Source: an uncultured delta proteobacterium (GTDB lineage Bacteria > Bdellovibrionota > FAC87 > UBA2466). From it: a DNA stretch of 64,000 nucleotides. This document shows positions 1 to 10,334 of this stretch, piece by piece. Under the pieces are notes generated by a model. That model made no database searches. It worked only from the letters and a program-made list of their open reading frames with translations, and was not told the DNA's origin. The position numbers were made by a program, and so were the translations under genes. Numbering within the stretch: position 1 is the stretch's first letter; each line of letters starts with the position of its first letter. The stretch spans positions 1,056,001 through 1,120,000 of the forward strand of contig CAVZSV010000004.1 of NCBI GenBank assembly GCA_963778115.1, in the 5' to 3' direction.

Positions 1-299
1 TGGTGCCAAAGTCGGTAAGGTCCCCGCACCTGAGTGTCTACGAACTCCTTGTCCAGGGTCCAGCGATCAATTCGAGATTGCCAACGTAGTGGGATTCCAT
101 GCAGCGACAAACGGTAATCGATGAGGGTTCCTTGCTGCATCGCAGGGGTAGATTTTCCAAGCACTTTAAAATGCAACCATTCGGGCGTCAGCCTTTCCAA
201 ATTTTCGGCATCGGAGAAAAAGGAAAAAACTTCCGCAATTGAAGCGGGCAGCCATTGTTCCGCGACCAAAATACCCTCTTCTGAAGAGATTACTTTCAT
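1..299 (-). CDS. SRPBCC/polyketide cyclase-like protein (partial, runs off the window start)
   Basis: Not in the ORF track. Hand translation from ATG (cat at 297-299) gives MKVISSEEGILVAEQWLPASIAEVFSFFSDAENLERLTPEWLHF...GTLIDYRLSLHGIPLRWQSRI...FVDTQVRGPYRLWH, a typical SRPBCC pattern. Confidence 0.8.
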   Translation of the reverse strand, partial: MKVISSEEGILVAEQWLPASIAEVFSFFSDAENLERLTPEWLHFKVLGKSTPAMQQGTLIDYRLSLHGIPLRWQSRIDRWTLDKEFVDTQVRGPYRLWH

Positions 300-312
300 G
301 CGACCACTTTCT

Positions 313-1401
313 ATGGGTAAACATAAGGCCGTGATTCCAGAATCGGAAAACCAGCCCCGTCCAGCCTCTATCGCCTCCCGTCTAAACGGGCTTGGGATTG
401 AGTTCCCTTTCATGGTAGGGCCCATGGTTGGCCTCTCACACGTGGCGTTTCGAGAATTAGTCCGAAGTTACCTTCCCCCCAGCATTAAGTCGCTATTATT
501 CACCGAAATGCTTTCGACGCGTAGGCTTCCCAGCGAACGCTTAAATGAGGCACAAGCACTTCGCTGTGCACCGGGAGAAAAATTCTTCGTCCCTCAACTT
601 TTAGGAAATGAAGAAAGATTTATCGCCCCTAGCATCCAAAAACTTATGGCACTCTCTCCGTGGGGATTCGACATCAACATGGGATGCCCGGCCACTCACC
701 TTCTCAAACATAATTGGGGAGTGATGCTGATGGGAGACAAGAAATACGCGGCCGATGTCGTTGCGATGACGAAACGTCACTCACCGGTTCCGGTCAGCGT
801 AAAATTGCGCAGTGGCGGCAACAACAGTGAGCTGGACTATCTGCTCGATTTTACTGACGGCCTTGAATCCGCGGGCGCCGATTGGATTACTTTGCATTGC
901 CGTTCTCAGGCTCAAGGGCATAACGGAGAGGCCGATTGGAATATTGTCGAACAGGTCGCTCACAAACGCACTATTCCCGTAGTGGCTAACGGAGACATTC
1001 AAACCGCTAGCGATGCACTACATCTGGTTAGAGATCGAAAAGTGGATGGAGCGATGATTGGGCGCGCGGCCACGGTTCGCCCGTGGATCCTTTGGCAAAT
1101 CGCTTTTCATCTCGAGTTGACCTCGGAAAAGCCCCCACTCACTCCCGATGAAGAGAGCAAAGAGTATTTCACAGCCTGTTTGCGGTTTCTGGATCTATTA
1201 ACCCAATATAGCGACGACGAACGTTACAATTTAAAGAAATTTCTCTTCTTTGTCGGAGTGGGATCCAAATGGTTTCATTTCGGCCATTACTTTTGGAAAG
1301 TCATGACCAATGCAAAGACCATTGCTCAAGCCAAAGATCTCGTCCACGACTATTCGATGAAAAATGCCCACCCTTTACACGCTCGAGTGACCTTCCACTA
1401 A
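313..1401 (+). CDS. tRNA-dihydrouridine synthase family protein
   Basis: Motifs PMVG, TEM, QLLG, DINMGCP, VSVKLR, TLHCR, ANGDI, MIGRAA. Start moved downstream of the divergent SRPBCC gene; exact start uncertain. Confidence 0.9.
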   Translation: MGKHKAVIPESENQPRPASIASRLNGLGIEFPFMVGPMVGLSHVAFRELVRSYLPPSIKSLLFTEMLSTRRLPSERLNEAQALRCAPGEKFFVPQLLGNEERFIAPSIQKLMALSPWGFDINMGCPATHLLKHNWGVMLMGDKKYAADVVAMTKRHSPVPVSVKLRSGGNNSELDYLLDFTDGLESAGADWITLHCRSQAQGHNGEADWNIVEQVAHKRTIPVVANGDIQTASDALHLVRDRKVDGAMIGRAATVRPWILWQIAFHLELTSEKPPLTPDEESKEYFTACLRFLDLLTQYSDDERYNLKKFLFFVGVGSKWFHFGHYFWKVMTNAKTIAQAKDLVHDYSMKNAHPLHARVTFH

Positions 1402-2001
1402 CTAGCGAGATCCTCTAACCTCAGGCTGCCCCAGATGTTTGGTATTTGGCCATTCCATTATCTTCAGTAAGGGCTCGGCCTGTCTTAGAAAGGAGGGGGG
1501 AAGTCCTGCTACTTTGCGATACAGATTCAAGACCTCTAAATCCAATGCATGTAGATCTTTGCTCTCTATAGAAGCATCCTCGTTAACCAAGATAGCAAAA
1601 TACGCTTGGCGACCCTCTTGGCTATCTTTCACCACCGCGGCCGCTGGAATTTCGTCGGACTCTGCCTCTTCTAACTGTTTTCGAAAATCGGACTCACTCG
1701 CCGCAACAATCCGCGTGAAGCGTAAAGCAACGATTAGCCGCTCCCGCTCCTCCTCGGGTAAAGAAAGATGAGGCTGTGCTTTCAAGTTCTCTAAGAAATG
1801 TAGACAAAGATGCGCGCGTTTTCGGATTTGGCACAACGTTTCAGATTCCTTAGCGCCAGCTGGGGGACTCGCCGGCTTCGCCTCCGCGGGGGGAAGTTGG
1901 GATTCCGCGAAAATAGACGGGGGGACTAAGAAAAAAAAGTTCAAGACCAGAATGGCTGCGATTACCTTTAAGTCGGCCTGGTAAGGCTGATAAGACTTCA
2001 T
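1402..2001 (-). CDS. hypothetical exported protein
   Basis: ATG at 2001 follows a GGAGGGGGAG RBS. Hydrophobic N-terminal segment, then a Pro/Ala linker. Confidence 0.6.
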   Translation of the reverse strand: MKSYQPYQADLKVIAAILVLNFFFLVPPSIFAESQLPPAEAKPASPPAGAKESETLCQIRKRAHLCLHFLENLKAQPHLSLPEEERERLIVALRFTRIVAASESDFRKQLEEAESDEIPAAAVVKDSQEGRQAYFAILVNEDASIESKDLHALDLEVLNLYRKVAGLPPSFLRQAEPLLKIMEWPNTKHLGQPEVRGSR

Positions 2002-2252
2002 CTCCCCCTCCATGTTGTGGGATTTCGTCGTGCGAAGCATCAAAATGACTTTAAGGGTTACCTGTCAAGCTTTGGATTTCCCCAAGCATAAAACCTATCA
2101 CTTTCAGATAGTTAACCAATTGACGCTCCGGTCAAATCCAAGACAAGGCCCAATGGGGGAGGAAAGAGCCACTACCTTTTTGGAGCATCTAAAGATAATT
2201 TGGGTCGGGGGCGAAGAGCAGGGGTAGGCCCTCGAGGGATGGGAGGTTATCC

Positions 2253-3362
2253 ATGAAAACCCTTTTCGTCTTACTACCGTTACTAATTTCTTTGTCGTCC
2301 TTTTCCGCCGCGGCTCAAGACTGCACCAGTCTCTGGAGAACGTTTCTTAGTACTGACCCGCTAATTCCAAAGATGTTGGAAGGAGATTCCAACGCCGCTT
2401 ACATAGAATATTCTTTCCACGGAAATCCTAATGTGATGTTCCGAATCACTGGAAAATTTCCCAAAGCGAGATTCGTCAGTTTTCAAGCCTACAAGACAAG
2501 ATTGCAAACCAGTGTAGAGACTCTAGTAGACCGAGACATTCAACCCGACGCGGGTTCTCAAAATCCCTATCTCGATGGTGTGCCGCTGGACGCCACTTCG
2601 CGCAACTATACGATTGAGGTAGTTCCTCAAGGTGTGGTGTCAACTGCCGCAAATGTAGTCCACACCGCCGTGAATCGATTTGAGCAGGCAATCGAATACC
2701 GCATTTATTCTCCCAGTGAAGGCGTAACACTGACTCAAGACGACGTCCCCACGATTGAAGCATTCGATGTCGACACCGGAGCCCCTACCACCTGTCCTCA
2801 GTGGGACAATTATGTGCAGCCCGAGTTCCCCCAATTCATCTTGGACGTTGTGCCCGAGAAAGATCAATTCGCTTTCCAGTCCTTTGGACTGGATTTGGGC
2901 ACTAACGACGTTATTCCGGGTTATCTCTTTGCGGTGAATAAGGTTGTCGGAAACAACATTGCCATCGTGAAATTCAAAGCTCCCACTTTTGTAAATACCT
3001 ATACCGCCACCGGGGATTTCAATTCGGCGGGCAACGTTAGATATTATTCGCTCTGCACGGAGAACACTGTCATCTTCCAGACGTTAAACTGCCTGCCGGA
3101 CTACTTGGCCAAACCTGACGCAAACGGATACGTGACGGTTGTGATAGGAAGTGGCGCGGATGTCGAAGCGGCGGCGAATGCGAAAGGATATAATTTCCTT
3201 CCCGATACCCGCCAATCCAACCAAACCGCCATGCAGCTCGTGTATCGAAATTTGGTTCCCGATCCCACATTCGCCACGACTTCGATGTACCAGGGCGATT
3301 ATATTCCACAAGGGCAACTTTGCGATGCTGGCGATTTTGTCGCCGGAACTTGCGGCCCTTAA
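2253..3362 (+). CDS. secreted hypothetical protein (beta-rich, Cys-containing)
   Basis: GGAGG RBS, clear signal peptide MKTLFVLLPLLISLSSFSAAA, 369 aa. Confidence 0.75.
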   Translation: MKTLFVLLPLLISLSSFSAAAQDCTSLWRTFLSTDPLIPKMLEGDSNAAYIEYSFHGNPNVMFRITGKFPKARFVSFQAYKTRLQTSVETLVDRDIQPDAGSQNPYLDGVPLDATSRNYTIEVVPQGVVSTAANVVHTAVNRFEQAIEYRIYSPSEGVTLTQDDVPTIEAFDVDTGAPTTCPQWDNYVQPEFPQFILDVVPEKDQFAFQSFGLDLGTNDVIPGYLFAVNKVVGNNIAIVKFKAPTFVNTYTATGDFNSAGNVRYYSLCTENTVIFQTLNCLPDYLAKPDANGYVTVVIGSGADVEAAANAKGYNFLPDTRQSNQTAMQLVYRNLVPDPTFATTSMYQGDYIPQGQLCDAGDFVAGTCGP

Positions 3363-4015
3363 AGGTTCCAAGTTGCGCGGATCTGCGTGACCTGGCTGTC
3401 TTCAGTGGGTAAGAGGCTCTGAAGTTCGTCGGCTAGCTGATGAAGTTCTAGAAGTGTTGTCGCTTTCAAAAAGCGGATCACTTTATGAAAGAGCTCTAGC
3501 TTCCTTTCCGACGGCTGCACCGACAAAAGCAGGGCGAGAATAAACTTTCTTTCCTGAGCCTCCGGTAACTGGCTCGTGTCCAAATGAACTTCCCAAAAAC
3601 CGGCATAAGCGTCTCCGGAAAGTGCCTTTAGTTCGATGGTCTCCCGTCGCATGCATCGAAATCCTCTTCTTAGCGTATTCGCTATCGAGGAATGAAGATG
3701 ATGATAAGCCCACATAAGGCGATGCATTTGGACTATCTGTTCTAGAAATCCTAGAGCTTGCCAAGGACGTCCCTCATTATCCGCGATCCACATCTGCTCC
3801 CAAAGCTTCTCTCTCTCTTTATAGAAATGTTCAAAACTCAGTATGGGGACCAGATTGATCAACTGTTGAATCATCGGCCCTTCTAGAAAAATGGGATTTT
3901 GAGGGGTATCTCCGCCTCCGGTATGGATAGCGCGGGCACATGCCATCGCTTCGATAGCTCCGATAAAGATAAAAGACACTAAGAGAAGGACAGTATGACA
4001 GCGTCTTGCGTTCAA
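3359..4015 (-). CDS. hypothetical exported protein
   Basis: 218-aa ORF with signal-like N-terminus and helical composition. Confidence 0.5.
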   Translation of the reverse strand: MNARRCHTVLLLVSFIFIGAIEAMACARAIHTGGGDTPQNPIFLEGPMIQQLINLVPILSFEHFYKEREKLWEQMWIADNEGRPWQALGFLEQIVQMHRLMWAYHHLHSSIANTLRRGFRCMRRETIELKALSGDAYAGFWEVHLDTSQLPEAQERKFILALLLSVQPSERKLELFHKVIRFLKATTLLELHQLADELQSLLPTEDSQVTQIRATWNL

Positions 4016-4120
4016 AAAGATTCCTTAACTTCCCACGACTCTATCTGCAAGATCTAACCTAAACTACTCGTCGATAACAGAATATGTGACCAGAGACATC
4101 CTTTTTTGTTATAGGAAAGT

Positions 4121-4663
4121 GTGGGCCATTTAACTCTTCTTTTGCTTTTCCTACTTTCATCAGCCCCTAGTGTTACGGCGGCAGATGAAATCCCCTCTTT
4201 TGTTCCGCCTAATCGCCTTTTGGAGGTCGTTTCACAGACGAATTTTAAATTGAATTGGCTACGGAATGTAGAAAACCGACAGAAAGATGGGCTTACGGAG
4301 GAACGTGTTGCCGATGAAATTTACGAAAATGAAATGTTCTTAGGGGATATTTTCCATGCTCTGGGCCATATGGCCGAAGACCTGGGGGATAGCGTTTCGG
4401 CGGAAAGGTGGTTCGTGAAGATGTTGTGGCAATACCGCAAGTATCCCATGGCCATCTCCGAAAACCTGCAGATGGTGGGGCTAGAACACGCGGCCTATCA
4501 CTTTCACGTCATGCACCAAACGCACCTCACTCATGGACAAAGTGCCCAAATCGATTTCACGGAACGGATACTGGATAGAGTCGGCGAGGACGACCAATCA
4601 AGGAGGTTACTTGTGCCGTGCCGCTTTGCTCTTCTCCGTCAGGCTAGAAGATATCGCTTCTAG
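4121..4663 (+). CDS. hypothetical secreted protein
   Basis: AGGA RBS before GTG; signal peptide ending VTA-A. Confidence 0.6.
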   Translation: MGHLTLLLLFLLSSAPSVTAADEIPSFVPPNRLLEVVSQTNFKLNWLRNVENRQKDGLTEERVADEIYENEMFLGDIFHALGHMAEDLGDSVSAERWFVKMLWQYRKYPMAISENLQMVGLEHAAYHFHVMHQTHLTHGQSAQIDFTERILDRVGEDDQSRRLLVPCRFALLRQARRYRF

Positions 4664-4892
4664 GAGGTGATTTGTGAAGGCTTTAACGACCAAGGTTTGA
4701 TACCGCCTAGCGCTTGTCCAGCGCGTTTAGGAGGCCGAAAACCTCTATAGTTCTGCGTAAAAAATCTGCCGTCCCAGAAAATTAGTTCGCCAGGTGTACA
4801 AACTTTTGACACTACGCAAATTCATCGTCGAAAACCCGTTACGAAATCACCCATCGGATTGAAAGGTTACCGGGATGACAGATTTAAAACGT

Positions 4893-4907
4893 TGGCATAG
4901 CACTTGC
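4893..4907 (+). promoter_or_regulatory. sigma54 (-24/-12) promoter
   Basis: TGGCATAGCACTTGC fits TGGCA-N7-TGC, 40 bp upstream of ATG 4947. Confidence 0.65.
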
Positions 4908-4946
4908 GATGTTAAGCACACAGGTACCACAATACGCGGGGGCAAC

Positions 4947-5279
4947 ATGAAATCATATTTTGGGTTCGTTCTAGTCTTTCTTTGCTTCTTTCCACTGTCT
5001 TATTCTTTCTCTCACTCTTGCGATCACGACAAAGGGCAGTCTAACTCTTCGAGCAACTCGGGACCCGCTGGCGGAGGTGGCGATGCGGCTACCAATGCCT
5101 ATGTCTCTTGTGTGCAGAGCCAATGTCCTGGCAGCAATTCTCAATGTCTAGCCACCTGTGCTAGGGGAACGGCCTCCGAAGCCGGTATTCAGCCCGGGGC
5201 CGATCCACTAGGAAATCAGGGAGCACAGCTAATTGTCGAAGATTCGATAAAAGAGCCCGAGCCTCCGCCAGCTCAATAA
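4947..5279 (+). CDS. small secreted Cys-containing protein
   Basis: Signal peptide MKSYFGFVLVFLCFFPLSYSFS, Gly/Ser linker, CxxxxC...CxxxC helical-hairpin-like motif. Confidence 0.65.
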   Translation: MKSYFGFVLVFLCFFPLSYSFSHSCDHDKGQSNSSSNSGPAGGGGDAATNAYVSCVQSQCPGSNSQCLATCARGTASEAGIQPGADPLGNQGAQLIVEDSIKEPEPPPAQ

Positions 5280-6593
5280 GCTAAAGGCAAAATCCATCGT
5301 GCCGTCCGCCACGTCCATGGCTCGACACCAAGATCGAAACTCAGGATCGATCCAGGGCTGCAGGGGACGGCCATTTAGCGCCCCTTTTAGTGCCGCGTGG
5401 ATTTCAACAGGCTCCTTGAGTTGACTAGTCACTTTATCTTTAAGGTGATGGGCGAATTGCCGCACCAATTCAGGATCGATAGCCATGGCTTGCCATTGTC
5501 GCGGAGTCAAAAGCGATTGGGTCTGAAGTTGAATGGGCTTTCGGGGGTTCGCTAAGACAGCGGTGAAAGCCACTTCGCTATCCAGGTTATTTAGCTTCAT
5601 CCGCCAGGAGAACTTTTTCCCTTCGCCTGTCCAAGAGACATTTCCCCTGTAAAGTAAAAATCGCAAAGGGAACAAAACTTGGACTGCAAGGTAGATAACG
5701 ATTCCGGCATATACCCAAGGAATGCTTTCGCGACGAAGCGGTTCCCCTCGTGGGGGGAGTGGCCTGTGCTCATTCAAAAAACGGCGCGGCCAATCGGGCG
5801 AAAAAAAAAGTGCAGTCGCAACGACCATCAGCGGAGGAAAGATTCCGATATCGAATAACACCGAATTCAAGGCATGAAACAGAACTGCAACGACAAAACC
5901 CACCCGACGAGTTTTTGGAAATAACAGAAATGCAGGAATTAAAAAATCCACGGCAATGCCGGCATAGCTTGCCAAGTAAGCAAACCATGGCTTAGCCGCC
6001 AGGACGCCCAAAAGAGGAAGGTGGCGCGCTTCGGGAAGCCAAAGGAGCAAAGGCTGCCCGTGTAGCCAATCCGAATTGAGTTTGGCAACGCCTCCATAGA
6101 AGTAAACAAGGACGACCTGGGTGCGTAAGACGAAAAGGGCATAACTAGGAATGCTTCGACGACGCCATAAAGGATGCAATAGCGCATCTAAAGAAAAATC
6201 GCGGTGGGCTTGTGTAAACATCAAGACAAAACAGAACAGAATTGCCAAATAGAAATGGTTCAAATAATTGGTTTGGTCCAATAAGAATATATAGCTAAAT
6301 CCAAAAAACAGAATGACGATGCTCGCTCGATAGAAAAGGCCCAACATCACCAATAGCGCACTGACTCCGACTACGATGAAAGTAAGATGCATGCCCCAAG
6401 CGGGAAAGGGTCGTACCCAAGAAAAGCCTGGATAAGTAAAATGAAAAGAAGGAACGATGTAATCTGATTTAATCCATCCGTTCCAGGCAAACAGAATCAC
6501 TTCCCAAAGGAGCAAAGCCCCTAGGGTAATTCGCAGAATACAAAGAGATGCAACATCAGAAAGTGATTTCATAAGAGAAGTTCCTGCTATCAT
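5273..6593 (-). CDS. HTTM-domain (vitamin K-dependent gamma-carboxylase-like) membrane protein, with a frameshift near the 3' end
   Basis: Motifs YLNHFYL, VYFYGGVAKLNSDWLHG, FSWRMKL, LNGRPLQPWIDP. The family-like tail FDLGVEPWTWRTARWILPLAY* is in another frame and ends at 5273. Confidence 0.85.
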
Positions 6594-6611
6594 AGGCTAG
6601 AATGGTTCGTT

Positions 6612-7391
6612 ATGCGAATAAGCGTATGGATTGCGGTAGCGGTCATGACGGTATCGATAGTAGTAAATCGGGTATGGGCCAGAGATCTCTCGGCCGTAAA
6701 AGGTTCGGGAACTCTGATTCTAGGTTCTGACTTTCGCTCCCCACCCTTTAGCTACTATAAAAACAACGAACTAACGGGATTTGAGATCGATCTCAGCAAA
6801 GCTTTAGCAAAACATTTCCAGCTCACTCCAAAATTTGAGCTTTCTCGAATCAACTCTCTTTTAATCGGATTATCACAAGGAAGATTCGATTTAATGATCT
6901 CCTCGCATACGATAACGCCGGAACGCTCACTCCATGCTCAATTTACGTTACCGACTTACTGCGCAAATGCTGTGATCGTAAGCCTTCCCGGGGGACCGAA
7001 AACAGCATTAGACCTGAAAGGAAAGAAGGTCGCTGTTCCCGTCGGTGCTGTCTACAACGATAAACTCAAAGCCTTTCCTCACATAGGAAAGGTCATGACC
7101 TTTCCCGATGAGATCACAGCCCTTCAAAGTCTAACCGCTCGTCGAACCGATGTATGGGTGACCGATGAAATGCTGGCTTATGAAGCACAGAAGAATAACC
7201 CTAACGCGGGGCTTGTGGTGGGGGAAAGCCTCTTTAATGAGGTCAATGCGTGGGCAGTCGCCAAAGGAAACCCCGAATTGCTTGTTTTCGTTAATAAAGG
7301 ACTCAAAGCCCTCTACGAAGACGGGACCTACCTTACCCTGATGAAACGATACTTCGACCGAGATATTCGCTGCCCCGAATTTCGCCACTAG
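6612..7391 (+). CDS. amino-acid ABC transporter substrate-binding protein (family 3)
   Basis: PPFSY...GFEIDL, GRFDL, TITPER, LKGKKVAV; signal peptide. No permease genes adjacent. Confidence 0.9.
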   Translation: MRISVWIAVAVMTVSIVVNRVWARDLSAVKGSGTLILGSDFRSPPFSYYKNNELTGFEIDLSKALAKHFQLTPKFELSRINSLLIGLSQGRFDLMISSHTITPERSLHAQFTLPTYCANAVIVSLPGGPKTALDLKGKKVAVPVGAVYNDKLKAFPHIGKVMTFPDEITALQSLTARRTDVWVTDEMLAYEAQKNNPNAGLVVGESLFNEVNAWAVAKGNPELLVFVNKGLKALYEDGTYLTLMKRYFDRDIRCPEFRH

Positions 7392-7442
7392 TTGTGGATC
7401 ATTTCTTACCGTGTTATCGCAAGACCTCTTAGGAGGTCGGAT

Positions 7443-8345
7443 ATGAAGAAGCTTGGGGTTTCTTTGATGCTCGCAGGTCTGATTTGGGGAAGTCTGTGGA
7501 GCACCGTTTCGGTGGCGGATGGGCCCTATTACCGCTTCTGGCAGGGCAATAAGCGTGACTTTTGGTACAACGATTCCGCGAAAGTCTTTACGCCGGATGA
7601 CTTCATCCGCAAACTCAATGAATGGCTGATTCCCGCGACCACCAGTTGCTGTGCCAAAGAGAGCCTACTCGCCTATCTTCCTGTCGTCCCTCCCTACCGC
7701 AAAGTGGAAGGACTCCACGACGAGTATGCTTTAATCGTTTACCACGATGAAGCCATTTATAAAAAAGTCAGAGACACCGATCCTGAAGGGATGGTGTATG
7801 GCCCCTTGCATGGCTATGTCTTCGATACTCAAGATCCCAAGTCCAGCCGATCCGCGGTCCCCATCCCTTTTGCGGGAAATATCGATATTTTTCTAAACGA
7901 CGCTACCGTTACTCCCAAAGAACGAGCCTACGATATTTTGGGATCCGATATCGATTGGCAAAAAGGCTTCACCGCTTTTCGGGTAGCGCTTCGCAAGGAA
8001 AAGGACGACGCGGCTTACGAAATAGCACTTGCCAACTATTTCTCGATGATAAAGGAAACAGCTCAACTGCTCCATCTTCAAGGTTATGTGGTCCTAATCG
8101 ACGATAAAAAGATGGTGGAATATACCAATTGGGCTTCGCAGGAGGATTTTAAGAATTTCTCAAGATCTAAATTTGAGATGGCGCCACCCGTGTCGCTAAT
8201 CTTATCCATATATGCAAAACCGCAAGAAAAGGTCGCTCCAGATCCGTTGAGCTATCCCTTCATCAACTTCGGCCAAGGGGGAACCATTCAATTTACCCCC
8301 GGGGAAAAACCGGGACAGGTTCACCATCCTTTGCTTAAGAATTAA
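7443..8345 (+). CDS. secreted hypothetical protein
   Basis: AGGAGG RBS before ATG 7443; signal peptide MKKLGVSLMLAGLIWGSLWSTVSVA. Confidence 0.7.
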   Translation: MKKLGVSLMLAGLIWGSLWSTVSVADGPYYRFWQGNKRDFWYNDSAKVFTPDDFIRKLNEWLIPATTSCCAKESLLAYLPVVPPYRKVEGLHDEYALIVYHDEAIYKKVRDTDPEGMVYGPLHGYVFDTQDPKSSRSAVPIPFAGNIDIFLNDATVTPKERAYDILGSDIDWQKGFTAFRVALRKEKDDAAYEIALANYFSMIKETAQLLHLQGYVVLIDDKKMVEYTNWASQEDFKNFSRSKFEMAPPVSLILSIYAKPQEKVAPDPLSYPFINFGQGGTIQFTPGEKPGQVHHPLLKN

Positions 8346-8371
8346 TTCCTTTTCCGACGGTTAATTTCAGA

Positions 8372-9652
8372 ATGTACCAATTGAGTTTTTTTATCCTGTG
8401 GCTCTTTTGTCTGATGGCACAAACCACTTGTGCGGCTCCTCAAACGGCTCCCGGAGTTTTCTGGATTGATGGGATTGAGGAAGAGCTTCCTTCAAGCGAC
8501 TTGAAACCTCTAAAAACGATGATTGGCGATGCCCAGGTGATTGCCTTGGGCGAGAGCGTTCATACGTCCGCTGGCTTTTATCAAGCAAAGTTTCGTCTTA
8601 TTAAATTCCTAGTCCAAGAGATGGGATTTCGATCCATAGCTTTCGAGACGCCACGATCTCAAGCCATGATCGCAACGAATTACGTGGATTCGGGAGCCGG
8701 TACTTCTCTGGTTGCGACCCGATCTCTTTTTTCGGTTTGGCAAAGTAATGAAGTTAGAAATTTACTAGCTTGGATGCGCCAGCACAACGAAGCGCACCCC
8801 AGAGATAAGGTGGTGTTTTTTGGCATCGACGCCCAGCAACCGGTTACCGATGGAAACGCGGTTCGGGCATTCTTGCAAAAAGTCATGCCCGACGATTTCA
8901 GCTATCGAAATGAACTGCGCTCCTGTATGGGGTATGGTTTTGATAGCGAACAGTCGTTTTTTGCTACGGGAATCCGTAACCAGATCCATAAAGATGAAGT
9001 GGTCATGACACAAGCTCAGTATGAATCGTGCCGCCAGGGTCTGCGACGACTGCGATTTTTTATGACTGAAAATGAGAGAGCGATTTCACGCGCGAGTTCA
9101 CCGTCAGAGTTTCTCTGGGCGCTTATCGCCTTGGATGGTTTTGAGAGCTCGCAAGATTCCTTTTTTTCATCGGGCCGTGACAGAGCGCTTCGCTTCTCGA
9201 GTCGAGATCAAACGCTTGCCACCAATCTTATCCGGATGAAAAGCCTCCTTGCCCCCAGAACCAAGACCGTGGTCTGGGCCCACAACGGTCACATCGCGCG
9301 GGGATTCGATAAGATGCCCAAAGGAAATCTTCCCGGAAAGAATATGGGTTCTGTCTTGGCCGAATATCTAGGAAGCGACTATTTCGCCATCGGACTTATC
9401 GGTTATGACGTAAAAACGAACTGGCCCACCCCGGGGGGGCCGCCCTCGGTACTACCTCAGCGTGCAAATACGCTCCCTCTGATTTTGCACCAACAAGGAT
9501 GCCGATATCTACTGCTCGATGCGGCAAAGTCCTTTATGAATCGAGGGCGATTAAAGATCGAAACGGACTATCAGTTTCCTGTCATGGCGAGCGACCATTA
9601 TGACGCTTTACTGTATCTCGATTATTCAGCGCCCATGGAATATGTTCGGTAA
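8372..9652 (+). CDS. erythromycin esterase family protein (exported)
   Basis: ALGESVH, LVQEMGFRSIAFE, FFGIDAQ, VVWAHNGHI, MGSVL..LGSDYFAIG. Confidence 0.9.
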   Translation: MYQLSFFILWLFCLMAQTTCAAPQTAPGVFWIDGIEEELPSSDLKPLKTMIGDAQVIALGESVHTSAGFYQAKFRLIKFLVQEMGFRSIAFETPRSQAMIATNYVDSGAGTSLVATRSLFSVWQSNEVRNLLAWMRQHNEAHPRDKVVFFGIDAQQPVTDGNAVRAFLQKVMPDDFSYRNELRSCMGYGFDSEQSFFATGIRNQIHKDEVVMTQAQYESCRQGLRRLRFFMTENERAISRASSPSEFLWALIALDGFESSQDSFFSSGRDRALRFSSRDQTLATNLIRMKSLLAPRTKTVVWAHNGHIARGFDKMPKGNLPGKNMGSVLAEYLGSDYFAIGLIGYDVKTNWPTPGGPPSVLPQRANTLPLILHQQGCRYLLLDAAKSFMNRGRLKIETDYQFPVMASDHYDALLYLDYSAPMEYVR

Positions 9653-9719
9653 TTAGAGTGCCTTCACGATGCTCATCCTAATGCACCAAGATTGGTCGAT
9701 TAGTCAGTCGCTTCGCTTC

Positions 9720-10334
9720 TCATCTCCTCCATCCCGGGGGGCAAGGAGGGCATGGGGGACAATAAGGGCCAGGACAGTGACAAGGATCGGGGCTTACATA
9801 GGGGTAACCTCCCGGACCAGGATAGGGATAGTTCCGCCGATCGACCCCCGGAGACAGGTTCGGCAAACGCATGCCGGACCTTTTTGGCGGATCTACCTGC
9901 GGAACTGGAGCAGGAGTAGGTGCGGGAGGCGGCATAGCGGGATCCTCCTGCGGTTTCTCCGGCGTCCGCTCAGGCTCTTTCGCAGGCTCCGGAGCCACCG
10001 CGGGACTCGGCTCCGCTGGGGGTTCTTCTTCAGGAGGATCTTCTTTCGGCGCTTCCGCGGGCTCTTCGTCCGGTTCGGCCTCGGGCCGCCATTCTCGATA
10101 AGGCTCGAACGGTTGGTGTCCCGGCTCGTCATCGGTCTTTCGCTTAGGCTCCACCGGTGGACTTTCGGTTTGCGCGCATTCTTTCGCGCGACCAGAAAAA
10201 TAGAGCTCAGTCGAGCAAGGGTAAGCCCCACTCACCACGGCATAGAGACTGATAACAATAATGACGAACGTCTTCACTACGACTCCGGGATTTCCTTTTT
10301 GGCTTTGCCCTCTCCCTCTACTCCCTTTCCACAA
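9720..10334 (-). CDS. Pro/Glu-rich exported protein with Cys-Pro C-terminal tail
   Basis: Signal-like VKTFVIIVISLYAVVSGA (true start probably the GTG near 10277), PE/PA low-complexity linker, tail PCHCPGPYCPPCPPCPPGWRR. Confidence 0.6.
   Translation of the reverse strand: MWKGSRGRGQSQKGNPGVVVKTFVIIVISLYAVVSGAYPCSTELYFSGRAKECAQTESPPVEPKRKTDDEPGHQPFEPYREWRPEAEPDEEPAEAPKEDPPEEEPPAEPSPAVAPEPAKEPERTPEKPQEDPAMPPPAPTPAPVPQVDPPKRSGMRLPNLSPGVDRRNYPYPGPGGYPYVSPDPCHCPGPYCPPCPPCPPGWRR

Noticed and set aside
121..312. N-terminal extension of the Dus ORF in the track
   Set aside because: It overlaps the minus-strand SRPBCC gene (1-299); Dus motifs begin later.
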